This document shows, piece after piece, positions 27,309 through 40,208 of a stretch of 64,000 bases of DNA. The notes beneath the pieces are model-generated. The model was not told the DNA's origin. It did not search any database and worked only from the letters and a program-made list of their open reading frames with translations. The stretch lies in contig OX597832.1 in assembly GCA_951406725.2 (NCBI GenBank), forward strand, positions 8,990,001 through 9,054,000. Direction: 5' to 3'. Numbering within the stretch: position 1 is the stretch's first letter; each line of letters starts with the position of its first letter. The position numbers and the translations under genes are program-made. The DNA comes from Octopus vulgaris. Lineage: Eukaryota.

Positions 27309-28819
27309 GAATATATATATATATAGTTATTTGTACATTTTTATATTAATAACATTTACAAACACGTGACTTAATATAGGAAGAAATAAAATGAGGGAAG
27401 GATAGATAGGAAGAGAGAGTGCGTTATAAGGAATCAGTAGAAGAGAATAGATAGAAATGTTAGACATTACAGAAAGCATGCCGTATTGAATAGAATTTTG
27501 AATCTGATTAACGTGTACTTGAAACCCACAACACAAATAAATGTTCAAAAAAACCACATTTTGGAAATTTGGGATTTATAAGGATTTCATATAAAATGAA
27601 TAAATGGTTTCTTTCGGTAGAAGTTACATAATTCTAAAGAAACAATACGCAGCTTTAACCATTATAATATAGATACATGCATATATATATATATATATTC
27701 GTGTGTGTGTGTGTGTGCGTGTGTGTTTGTGAGCGTCCGTGCGTGCGAATGTCTGTGAGTGTGTGTGTGTACGAATCGTGTGCGTCCACTTTTATAGCTT
27801 TTAAAACGATATTGAGTAGAGAAAATATCTATGGTGTGGTTTAATACCACTAGAACCTTCATTTTGTTTTGTCTCCCTTCTTTTGTATGTATATCCATTC
27901 AGCTACACATTGTATATACAATTAAATATTTTAAGCATATTTTGAAGCACTCTGTTAATTTCTCGTTCGCATTTCAGAATTTAAATAGGACTACAGAAAA
28001 GATTGGTAATACATATGCGGATACCTAGTGAGCATGAGCAGGTGTAGCTTGCTTTAATGAGAATGAGAATGCTACTGTGAAATATACAGTTTCAGCTATA
28101 CTGATAATTCTAAATTGACGGGGTTGCACATAAATATATGAACACGTGTATGATAATAAGTTTGCTCCAAATGAAAATCCGCACTCCGAGTACTAGATTG
28201 GAATTAATTATAAATTCTGCTAATCCTTAGAATTGTCGTTGAGCTCTTCCTGCAATTACGCACAAACACACACACACGCAAACACACAAACATAGACACA
28301 CACACATACACACGTACACACATGCACGCACGCAACACGCGCGCGCGTACACACATATACACACCGCGTCATCTATAACTATATGCGTGGCTATTTGTGT
28401 GCGTATGTTTGTATATGCATTTTTTGCACGTACCACGTGTGTGCTTTTTGTTATTCTCAGGTACACACACACACATACACACACACACACATAGGAGTAC
28501 GTTTGCATGGTTTTGAGGAATATATTCATGCAGCTACCCATGCAATATAATGTCGAGAGGCTTCTATGTAAGACGTCACCTGGTAATTTGTTCTTATCGT
28601 TTCATTATTAGTTATGTTTCTATTATTATTGTTGTTCTTGGGGTTGCAAGTTCAATTCTTGTTAGTGTCGTGAACTATAAGTTACTGCGCTCGATCGCAG
28701 GAACAGAGCATTGTAAAGGTAGGTCGGTTCCACACATTCGATAAATCATTCCACTGAATTTATCCAGAATGGTTCCTCATTCAAATCCTAGGTATATTGC
28801 AGTAATTTATTCCAATTTT

Positions 28820-29285
28820 GTTAGTATTAAGTTTATTTATCAACATAGGAATTTACGAAATGCTATTACGGGATTTACACTCACAATGGAAAAGCATTGC
28901 ACTAATTAACGTTCAGTAATTTGTCCACTCACACTCTGAATGTTATGCCATCTATCATCAGAATCATAATTGTAATTGTAATGTATACATGAACAGGTCA
29001 TCAAACATTATACCTCGTTATATTTTAAATTGTTGTAATTCTCTACCTCAATAGGTTAATGAATGTTATAATTAGCTAATCTGTGTATAACTTCCTCATG
29101 TTCTAATTAGGAATTTTAAAGCTGAATGGATATAAATTGAGAAATAAAGTTGTACAGAAAAGGTGAAAAGTTAAATGGCTTTAAATAGAGAGATATCCGA
29201 TATCAAGTATTTCTTAAAACTTTGTACTTACCGAGTTAACAAGGGAGCCTCTACATGGTTGCTTCTCTTGTTATAAGTAGTAGGC
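28820..29285 (-). repeat. Old inverted duplication, arm 2 (partner 21060-21520)
   Basis: See arm 1. Confidence 0.8.
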
Positions 29286-29593
29286 GCACGCCTCAACTCT
29301 GTCAGGCGGGGGTCGAAATTCATAATATCCTGTTTACCCCTTAATTGACGAAATTTCAACAATCAGGTTTTAATTAAACATCGATTACAGCAGGTTTAAA
29401 AAGCAGTAACAAAACTTGAGATTTAATTATGAATCTTGTTCCGTAAATTTTTATTGCAATTAATAAGAAGAAAAAAAATGTTATCTGAACTATTGTTTAA
29501 ATGCAGGCGAGCTTAGTGATTACTCATACCGATATACAGTCATTCTTTATTTTCTTTCCCTTCTCATTCATTACCCTCTCTCTCTACATCTAA

Positions 29594-29644
<51 letters not shown>

Positions 29645-29647
<3 letters not shown>

Positions 29648-30592
29648 CTCGTATTGTATTTTTTTGTAATTATATTTTTATTTTGTATTTTATTTTGTAA
29701 TTTTATTTGTATCGTTTTCACGTCCTGTTTGTTTCAAATTTTTTTCTTACACTATTGTATGAATGAGCGCCCTCGCGTCGATTCGATTCGATTCGTTTCG
29801 TTTCGTTTCGTTTCTTCTTCTCCTAGTACAGGTTTTATATATAATTATGACGCGAAACTCTTTACTCTTTACTTGACCTTCCCTTCTTTCCCTATCTCTC
29901 TCTTTCTCACTCCTCCTCATCTCTCTCTCAGCCGGCTGACTACTTCCTTTTTTGCCTGTGGTCTCCTAACTGTAAACACACGGTTTTTCTTACGCTCTTA
30001 GAATCTTCCTCGTCTAGGTTTGTTTTCTTGTTTGTTTTTATTTCTCGTATTGTATTTTTTTGTAATTGTATTTTTATTTTGTATTTTATTTTGTATTTTA
30101 TTTTGTAATTTTAGTTGTATCGTTTTTACGTCCTGTTTGTGTCACATTTTTTTCTTTCCTTGTGTTACCCCTCTGCGAAGTAATTTTATTTAATTCTTTC
30201 GCAGGAAGGGCTAGTTCAACGAGTCGTCTTCTGTCCTCACCTTCGAAAAACGCTGGAGTTGAACTAGGGACAGCTGATGAAGGGGTTTTTCCTGGTGTAG
30301 TTTGTCTCGTACTCCGGTTTTTAGTTGTAAAAAAAATTGTCCGTTCCATGCTTGTTTTTACGTTTTCGTTTCTCGTTGAGTTCTACGTCTATTTGTGGTG
30401 TCCTGTACTCACGTATATATATATATTTATATATGCATGTATATATACATGTAGATGTAGGTACGTACATATATGTATGTATGTATGTATGCATATATTT
30501 TATTCATTACACTATTGTATGACTGAGCGCCCTCGCGTCGATTCGATTCGATTCGTTTCGTTTCGTTTTGTCTTTTCTTCTCCTAGTACAGG

Positions 30593-30600
<8 letters not shown>
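29645..30600 (+). mobile_element. Partially tandem non-coding element between (TA)n tracts (putative Penelope-associated)
   Basis: Direct repeats 29645-29745/30040-30155 and 29747-29840/30507-30600. Contains a CTTCGAAA...CTGATGAAGGGG motif. Confidence 0.55.
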
Positions 30601-30644
<44 letters not shown>

Positions 30645-30667
30645 GCATACATATATATATATATGTA

Positions 30668-32640
30668 TCTAGCCCCGGCGACCTGTCCCCTCCGCAGTCC
30701 GCTAAAGCTTCACCCACTTTAGCAGCTGTGATCGGCTCCTCGAAGTAATAACAAAAGTGGAGTGAGAGACGTGGGCAACCCCATAAACCACGTTCCAACA
30801 CTGATCTTTTGTAATAATTTCATGCTCTCGCTCCATTCGGTTCATTCCCTCTCAGTATGCTAGCAACGTTCTTCCATCTTTTCTCATACATACTTGGTGG
30901 CAAGCATCCCCTCTCCAGCCTTTTTTTCCTTCTAAGGTGGAGAATCAAAAAAAAGTTGACTAGCCCAAGGCTGGGTGTGAACATGCCTCTCAGAATTACT
31001 TTCACACGTGTCTTCCGTACTACATATTTCACTATAGCAACTATGCAGAGGAAAGAAGCCTGCCCGTCCCTGTTCAAAGTAGTCGGTGGAAAATCTTAAT
31101 TATAGATTCGGTTGACAGTTGTAATCTTCCCACATAGTTCGAAGATTCTCAGATATTGCACAATTGCGTGCAGAGCAGTTTCTCTGTTTTATCCACGTCT
31201 TTGGAATATTGGCGAAAGCGAAGAGCCATGCCTGAAGATTTTATCCCAAACCGGTAAGGCTCTTCGGTAGCATTGTCATACCAGGGGCTTCTGGAGATTG
31301 TTCATAGCCCCTGGTGTGAATGTTCTCCCGTACAGGCTGGCAAGCTGACTGCCATCGGAGCCAAACTTTTACCCCAGAACGTTGTTACATTTGTCCTTTA
31401 ACAACCCTCTATAGAATGACGAGGTAGGACCTCCGCCGCTGGCATTGCCCATCTGGGAGGAAAGCATGAGTGTCGGGCAATACTCTGCTTGCCATGATAC
31501 CGACTTTGGTCGCACTTAATCCATGGTTCCTGCTCCTCGGGTTCGTTCACTGAACGATCGTGTTGATCTGTCATTCCCACGTTGGACCACTAGCACATGA
31601 GCCCATCTAGCGACCTTGATTCCCTCTTGTCCCATTGCACGTAGCTTAGCTCTGACAACGTTTTAGGGTGTTTAGCTTTGAGGCATTCGTCGAGTGCCAA
31701 TCTCGCTGCCAAAATCTTAGATGCGGTGCCTGACCTCATTGTCTCCTCTAGTGCCTTAACTAAATCCTTTTCTATTCTATTTCTCTTACAGGCTAGCTAT
31801 TTGCTAATCTAACCGATTCTAACATGATGGCTCTTATGAGGGCATACTATCATTTGTTGCTAAATGCAACCGGTTAATGGCCTTATTGCTATCTCTCTAA
31901 CCCGGCTCCTGCAAGTCTCACAGACAAAAAGTGACGTGTTTAACTTCCAGTAACCGGGGCCCTGTCTACACATACTATCTACACAAACTATCACAGTCAA
32001 GCTTACCGGTCACAATTTTTGATCACTGTAGTTGACAATGTGGAATTGTGGACAACTAGCCATGCATGTATCTTTATTTCTAACTATTATCCTATCTAGA
32101 TAAGATCTGGAAGACCCGTCGTTACTAGATCATGTCCACAAAGGAACGTTCGGATAATGCAGTCTGTATCGATCTGCCAGCTGAAAATGACTATCAGGAT
32201 TCGAGCCAACACAATCTACGCGTGCGTTGCAGATCGTTTTAAAGTTCCATGCCATCACTAAGGTGTGCAACGTTCCTAGAAAGGTCTCCAGCCTTCTGAA
32301 ATAGTTAGACTGCCCAGCTCTGAAAGGATCATAGACAGTAACCAACAAGAAGATCTTACCACTGCAGTGCATTAAATCAAGGACGACCAACCGGCCCTCG
32401 GATCTAAAATGTTTGTTCTTATCACTAAATCTAAATTTTTTCTAAGTAGAACTGCAACTCCAGGCTGGCATAGAGATATAAATTTCTCGTAGTCGTTTAG
32501 GAGGGGTGAAAAAGCATGTAGTGCACTCAGTCTGGTTTCAGTAGTAGACCTAGTCTATGTGACCTGAGATTGTCAAGGGGGCAGCTTTGATTCCAATCCA
32601 ACTCGAGGCCGCGCAACGTAAATTGACCAAGAACATACGT
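30668..32640 (-). mobile_element. Decayed L1/Tx1-clade LINE: APE endonuclease and C-terminus, most RT deleted, RT N-terminal piece displaced
   Basis: LLVTVY, LADRYRL.YP..P.WT, SYLDRI, SD.K.V, GPGYWKLNTSL; C-terminus FLCIVAIVKYVV.KTR...ER..L....YEKRW. PITAAKVGEALADCGGDRSPGLD at 30668-30740. Confidence 0.8.
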
Positions 32641-35193
32641 TTGCTTTACGTCAAGAGGAGGGAGGACGGTAATCTCTCCCCGTCCAGTTCTTCAGATGCC
32701 GTGGTTTGTGAAGTACCCTCTAGGAATTTCTGATAAGTATGAAAAGGGAAATTCCTCTATAGTGGTCCAACGTCCACGGGGTGAGAGGATAACATATTCG
32801 TTTTCAGAGAATATGTGGTAGAATTTATGATTCTAGACAATATGTTGCAAAACTGATCGTGGTAATAGGAATGATGAGTGGCACGGTCATCGTCAGTCCT
32901 CGGAAGTCAACAAATCATGGTATAGAGCAAGAAGGTTGTCAAACGGCGGTTCAAAATCTAGAATGTGCTACGCCTTTAATCTCTATAGCGCAAACTCTCG
33001 TGAATGAAACTGGACCTTAATACCTGAAGATAAATAAAACAGGTTTTGAAATATTGTGTTTAGGAACTTTCCTAAATGTAAATCACAGGACAGACGTGTG
33101 ATATTGATATATCATTACAAGAGTGTGACATCGATATATCAAATATCAGACGATCCGTAATCAAAGCACACCAGTGTATTTTCTAGTGTTAAATAGGAAT
33201 TCTGGCAGAGTAATAAGCTAGATTATACCTTGCCTGCCACAACAGAATCAATTTTTGCAATGCATAATGGTGTATTAGCTATTTGTTGTTAAACATTCGT
33301 ATATATTTCTCTAAATTATTTTTACCCAACTGCTATAGAAGCTTTGGAACCAATTACGTTGAGCATTTTCCAGCAGATGATTTAAGAAAACCATTTCCTG
33401 TTCTATCTTTATCTCTTTTTACCTGTAATAAATGAAAACTATTAAAAATACTAGTGAAATGTTTGAACGGAATTGGAATGAAACATGCTTTTTGTCGTCA
33501 ATAAATACAAAAAGATTGTGCAAAATTACAGTACGTTATGTGAAAACTAACCAAACGTTTCCGCAGATTGATAATTGATCGTATATCATTTATTCTTGGC
33601 ATAAAAACCATGATTGGTATTGTTCGTTCTTATAAATCTCCAACTGTTCCGGTACATCAATGCTAACCTTCTTGAATCGACAGAAATTGAATTGTTTCTA
33701 AAGAATAGTGAAACGGCCATTATAAGCATCATCAAGTAAGGCTCTCCATTAAAACTTAAAACATCGTAATTCAAAAGTGAAAATTCCATGTTTAATGACT
33801 CGAGACAAGCGTAAATAAGCACAGGTTTGGAAAATAAGGATTCAGTTTAGAATCCTCGATTACCGTATCGTGTTGCAATTTTCAATGGAAAATATGTTGG
33901 AACGAAATGTACTTGGACAAAAGTCACCACTTTTGTATAGTATATAACCAATCCACTATCAATATATGTATGTATACGCAATATATGTATGTATAGTTAT
34001 CCGGACAGGTGATCAAATATTATTCGATATTTGTACTCAGATAATTAGAGGTTTAATGATTTATTTATAAACGCAAGAATCGTCTGTCGAGAAAGGGAAA
34101 CCAAATACGAGGCTCTAATTCTGTTTGTGTTTAACCATTTTTCATGCATATAAATTTAAAATAGGAAAGAGTTGTGGGAATCTGCAATAAAGACAACTGT
34201 ATATTTGCAGTTGGTGGAAGAGGCCGTAAAATTAATAAGAGTCAATGGAAGGATATGTTTTGGGGCGCTTTAGAGCAGTATTTAAATTATCTTTGAATTC
34301 TTATAACAAGAGCAACTACAGCGGAGATAAACTAATGTAGTGTTCTGTTGTGGTTATCTTTAATATTTTAATGTATAAAAATAGGTACAATATAACGATT
34401 CATTACTCTTAATAACAAAAAATCTTTGAGTAGTACATCATTGCGTTAGACATGTAAGGGGTTATGTCTATGAAAAATGTCATATACATCTAAAATAGTA
34501 ATACACTGTTTCAAACATCACTGGAAATGGAAGCAGACTCTTAGAGAAATCTGAAGACGAATTCAGCATTAAAATTTGACAAATCACGTGTTTATTGAGT
34601 ATTTGCATTCACTGTAACGATTTACAAATGCACAGAATATGTACATACAGAATATTTTAAATTAGAAAAAAATATAGCAGATCTAAAGTGAAGGTAAATT
34701 ATTGACTCAAGGTACACAATACAATCAAATATGAATTTTATTACATAACCACAAAGTTCTTAATGCTTCTGAATTGCAGACGTTATGTTTACAACTACCT
34801 TACCGATATAAAATTTGCTTGTGCTTTAACAAAATTTTCATACTTACTTTGAGACCTATTTACAAGGGGCAGCCACATACTTGCCACATTGTTTTAATTT
34901 TAGCGTATGTTTTATATATATGCTTACTTGCATATTATATATTAGCTAACTACATGAGAGAGTAGACGCCCCTACAGTCCAGACTATGCTCCCTTAAATT
35001 TTCGCTGTCCTACCAGCTGAGTAAGGAAGCGAAATGTGTGAGGCATGGGTACATTCATTTTGGAGGATTTCCACAGGGTATTCACAGTCTCAAAACGTCT
35101 GGAAAGCACCTTGTTTGTGCATGTATGTGTATATATATATATATACTTGGAAATGGATGCGTCGCGTTCAATTAAATAATAATATATTTATTA

Positions 35194-35231
<38 letters not shown>

Positions 35232-35288
35232 TAGATATATATTCATACATAAATATACATATATATATATACATATATATATACATAC

Positions 35289-35405
<117 letters not shown>

Positions 35406-35449
35406 CGCACATATACATATAAATTCATACATATATGCATATATATGTA

Positions 35450-35690
35450 GTCGGCAACAGGACAAATAACATGAAATACCTAAACAGGCGAAGGAAAACG
35501 AGTGAAATAGTGGACCACGGGAAGAAAATGGAAAACAGGACAAGTAAACACAGAGAAAAGACCCTTCAGCAGTTGTCGGCTGTTTATCTACATAAAATGA
35601 CAGTGGACACATACAAGGGAACCGAACGAAAACTAAAACTCGTTAGGTCCAGAACGAGAGAAAAGTAGTGAAAGCTGGGAAAAACCTTTG
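35450..35690 (-). mobile_element. Truncated repeat adjoining (TA)n, related to the 6790 and 30160 elements
   Basis: Minus strand GACAACTGCTGAAGGGTC followed by a T-rich tail. Confidence 0.45.
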
Positions 35691-36346
35691 TCCCCTGTGT
35701 TTGACCCCACCAACATCGCTTGATAACATATGCTGGTGTGTTTACGTCCCCGTAACTTAGTGGTTCTGCAAAAGAGAACTGTCGAATAAGTACTAGGCTT
35801 ACAAAGAATAAGTTCTACCACTCTATGTCACGCTGGTGAGACCCATATTGGAGTATGGGATTCAAGCCTCTTCTCCTTATCTCCTCAAAGACATACAGCA
35901 TCTCGAAAGAGTCCAGAAGCCGGCTACCCGCATGTTTCATGGTCTCAAAAATTTGTCCTACGAAGAAAGGCTGAGGACGCTCGACCTTTATTCTCTTGAA
36001 AAACTCCGCCGCCGTAGTGATCTCATTCTCGCCCACAACATCATAAGCGGAAAGTGTAACCTCTCGAAAGAGCTGTTCTTCACTCCTGCTCCAGAGCGTC
36101 GGCTGCGGGGTCATTCCGAAAAGCTCTACCTGCGACGATTTCATCTCAATCGAAGGAGAGGAGCTTTCTCCGTCCGGGTTGCGGATCCGTGGAACAAGCT
36201 GCCAGAGGAGATGGTGAAGATGCCGACGACCGCTTTGATCAAAGCCTCCCTGGACCTCAAGTGGCCTGAACTCTTTACATGAACACCACCCTGTACTTAA
36301 CTCCATGTCCCCCTACATGGCCTTGCTATTTGCTTTTGAGCCAAAT

Positions 36347-36377
<31 letters not shown>

Positions 36378-36452
36378 GTCCTGGCGTCGATTTGTTCGAC
36401 TAAATTCGCTGCTCCAGTCAAATGACTGAAACAAATATAAGAGTAAAAGAGT
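35690..36452 (+). mobile_element. SINE family A 3' half split by a CR1 insertion
   Basis: The consensus acaaagaataagtcctggggtcgatttg is interrupted at taagt. Confidence 0.85.
35815..36374 (+). mobile_element. Young 5'-truncated CR1-clade LINE with intact ORF2 C-terminus and (ACTA)n tail
   Basis: LYVTLVRPILEYG..LERVQK.ATR..LSYEERLR.LDLYSLE..R.R.DLI..LRGH..KL..FSVRV..WNKLP, open to 36282. TSD-like TAAGTTCT/TAAGTCCT. Confidence 0.93.
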
Positions 36453-36456
36453 ACAT

Positions 36457-36496
<40 letters not shown>

Positions 36497-37349
36497 GTGA
36501 GTGTGTGTGTGTGTGTGTATGTGTGTCTTCAGTCTTTGTATGTGTACATTTATGCATATTCCCTTCATGTTGAACTCAGACTCTTTTTCTTTACATCATT
36601 TGAATTAATGAAACAGTTATTAACCCTTTTGCAATTTAGGAAATATTTACCAGATAAATAAGTCCTTTTTATATAGACAGTCATAGTTAGATTATTTTAT
36701 TATACTGATATCTTTTGGGTCACACAACAAGACATTATTGCATACATATGCAAGTGTATTGAAATATATATACATACATATATACACACGGGCATATATA
36801 TATGTATATATACATACACATACATATATCTATATGTACATATGTATATTTGCATATAAGTATGTATGTATTTATATATATTTCTCTCTCTATCTCTCTC
36901 TCTCTCTTTATGTATATATATATATATACATACATACATACATACATATATATTATTTAAAACGTACGCACGTAACCACAGAGAATATTACACGTTTACA
37001 CGGGAGTACATCATATAATATTGTATATTTTAGTCGTTGCTTTTGTTTGCTTTTTTAACATGTTTTTCTTTACTAAGTGCTCTTGCGGAACAGGCCTATG
37101 ATGGAAGGTTCTCGGCTTTAGAGGCATGTAAAGGACGAATTTAACCCAGTTTTTTTTTCTCTAATTTTGCTGACAGACGATATGGCTATTTAAATGAAAC
37201 ATGGCTATTATTTATAACAGGTCAAACAATCTGATAGACATTATTTAGTCAGTCATTCAAGATTCAAAATACACAAGTATTTTTCTGAAGAATAAATGGC
37301 TAACATTTCTTGTTGTTTTCGGTTTTTATCGTATCAATGGTAGACATTC

Positions 37350-37737
37350 CTACTTACCTAAGACAGCGAACATCTAGCGGATAATATGGTATTAACAATT
37401 TTCACAAGAGAAAACTCTCAGGTGAGGACGCTAGTACTTTCGATACTACTACTGACAGCGTAAAATACTAACTCGTCGACTTATATACCTAGTTGCTATT
37501 TAATATACAACCGAAATAACATCAATACATTAATTTATGTTTTCCTCGGTTTGTCCAAGTCACCTCAGTTAATGACGATGTATAATGAAATGAAGTAGCA
37601 GGATTATCGCACTGGTTATCGTGGTGTACCCAGCAGTAATGAAGTTTGCGATCAATTGTAAATGCGTTTGAACTGAAAGCCAAGTGAATATATATCAAAC
37701 GATGTATTGCCTAAGCCTCTCTTACAGCATTGGTCAC
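37350..37737 (-). pseudogene. Frameshifted terminal SPRY/B30.2-like exon of a TRIM-like gene
   Basis: CAG|GT GAC CAA (phase 1, matching the donor phase of the 13798/15528 exons). GDQCCKRGLGNTS..LGFQF/KLHYCWVHHDN..YTSSLTEVT.TNRG/IDV/GCILNS/KVLAS/LRVFSCENC*YHIIR*MFAVLGK*. Confidence 0.55.
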
Positions 37738-38259
37738 CTGACTATCGTTCAATCAATATATTAATGTTTCAATAAGTTACAGTCTTGAGAGAGAAGAAAC
37801 CATTAATAGGAAACGTGACATTATAACAATCCCCGAGAATACTCATCTATTTTACACTATAATATTTATTACTACGTTAATACATTACATATCAAAACAT
37901 TATATTGCCCAATTTTAACGCATATATAAATGTGGTAATATGCATACGTGGATGTCAATATATATATATATATACATACGCAGATACGCAGAGAGACATG
38001 CACGTGAGTAAACGTGTGTAGATAACTTTGTATAACTAAAAAATATTAATGCAATATAAGTTTATTGCAAAGTAAATAATATATTTGAATTTTTCAGAAC
38101 CATACACCAATTATGCAAAGATGAATGTGTATAAATATATATACAGAGGGATAGAGTGAGAGAGAGAGAGAGAGAGGGAGAAAGAGAGAGAGAGAGTAAC
38201 ATAGAAATACGAGCGCATATGTATATATATTTACATACATATATATATATTTACATATG

Positions 38260-38315
<56 letters not shown>

Positions 38316-38317
38316 TA

Positions 38318-38550
38318 ACACACGAGCATCGGTTGTCTAGTGATGTTGGTGGTGGTGTGTTGGGGGGGGGGCAAACACACACAAACACACAAACGCACAC
38401 ACATACATACGACAGGCTTCTTTCACTCTCCGTCCAGCAAATCCACTCACAAGTCTTTGGTCGGCCTGAGGTTATAGTAGAAAACACCTGACCAAGGTGC
38501 TACGCGGTGGGACTGAACCCGGAAACATGTGATTGGTAAGCAAGCTACCG
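38318..38550 (-). mobile_element. SINE family A, partial
   Basis: aatccactcacaag, ggtgggactgaacccggaa and gtaagcaagctac match family A. Confidence 0.85.
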
Positions 38551-38799
38551 ACAGATACATAACACAAACCACACACATACACACTCATATATATATATAT
38601 ACAAAAAAAAACACATGATGTGCGTATTTCATTTCACAATTTTCCTCTCTTGCTGCTACATGTTACGCTTTCTGTCTTTTTCTTTGCTGGCTCTATATTT
38701 GCGATATTATATTTATGGATACTCGACAATTCTTCACGCTAGCACCAGATATGAAAACAGGTCATTTTTAATGCCTGAACGTGATTTTATTATCTGTAG

Positions 38800-38817
38800 T
38801 ATTATTTTTATTTTTAC

Positions 38818-38913
<96 letters not shown>

Positions 38914-38956
38914 CGTTATCATCATCATGATCATCATGATCATCATGATCATCATC

Positions 38957-39026
<70 letters not shown>

Positions 39027-39041
39027 CCATTATCATCATCA

Positions 39042-39079
<38 letters not shown>

Positions 39080-39105
39080 GTTATTATTATTATTATTATT
39101 ATTAA
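38800..39105. repeat. Compound (TAT)n-(CAT)n-(TAT)n microsatellite
   Basis: Direct reading. Confidence 0.95.
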
Positions 39106-39809
39106 TGTTCGGCGAGGATTTCACTCGAGCCTGGCATGCAGTTGATTCTCGGCCATTCTAATTTCGTTACTGTGATATCCGTGTAAAGGACATCGGAGCT
39201 AACGCCCACCTAGATACGATTTTAGATTTTGTTTTTCGTATGGCCACAGATATATTCACCTTTAATACTGCTCTCATCGCATTTCACGAAAAACACATGA
39301 TGTGATACGACTGTATTTTACGTGCCAGTCATGTTTCGCTGCGGCATAAGAGGACAATGCAAGCGATGCGTGATTAAAACGCCTTGACATTTGCGTTCAC
39401 TTGAAGTGCTCTTGCTCCCAAATACTTACTTTTTTAGTTTAGTCATTCCAGTAGCTCCATATAGAAAGACAGAAGAAGTCACGCAATCAATAATTGGAAT
39501 AACTGCGTAGAAACAAGCACAGCAGTAAGTGTAGAATATTATCTCAATCTAGAAAAAACTCAAAATGGAAGAGAAAAAAATAGAAACAGAAATAACCACT
39601 AGAGATTCCACTTTTCTTAGTTCTACTTACTAAATCACAAAAGAACTCATGAAACACGAGAGGAAATATTTTCTTTACTAAATGCCTTATCAGCGATACA
39701 TACTGAGACCTTGACCAAGATTACTTCAATTGTGTTGTGTTATACTTATGTAATATGTATTTCGCTTTCCTTTTACTTAATTATGTAATGCATCGTTCAC
39801 GTTTCTTAC

Positions 39810-39827
39810 CGAGAGGCAGTTTCCCAT
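39810..39827 (-). CDS. Candidate first coding exon MGNCLS (N-myristoylation-type start) followed by a splice donor
   Basis: AAGA-ATG GGA AAC TGC CTC TCG|GTAAGA. No downstream exon identified. Confidence 0.35.
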
Positions 39828-40095
39828 TCTTTTGTTTTGAATTAAATTTTTTCTACTTCCTTCCCTTTCATGTTGCCCGCAAATAAAAAAAACAAACTTG
39901 ACTTTTTTTAAAGCAAAGGAAAACCCTTTAAAGTTTAACGAAGGGAGATTAATTAAGATAATAATCCAATGCAAGATTTTGGATATTAAATTGGCACCCA
40001 AAATATAATATTGTATTAAATACACACGAGCGCACAGTTTATACACTCTCACACACAGACACAAACACACACACGCATACACACATGCGTACACA

Positions 40096-40208
<113 letters not shown>

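Noticed and set aside
32805-33024. About 70 stop-free codons on the plus strand and a strong acceptor on the minus strand
   Set aside because: No recognisable domain and no partner splice site or exon identified.
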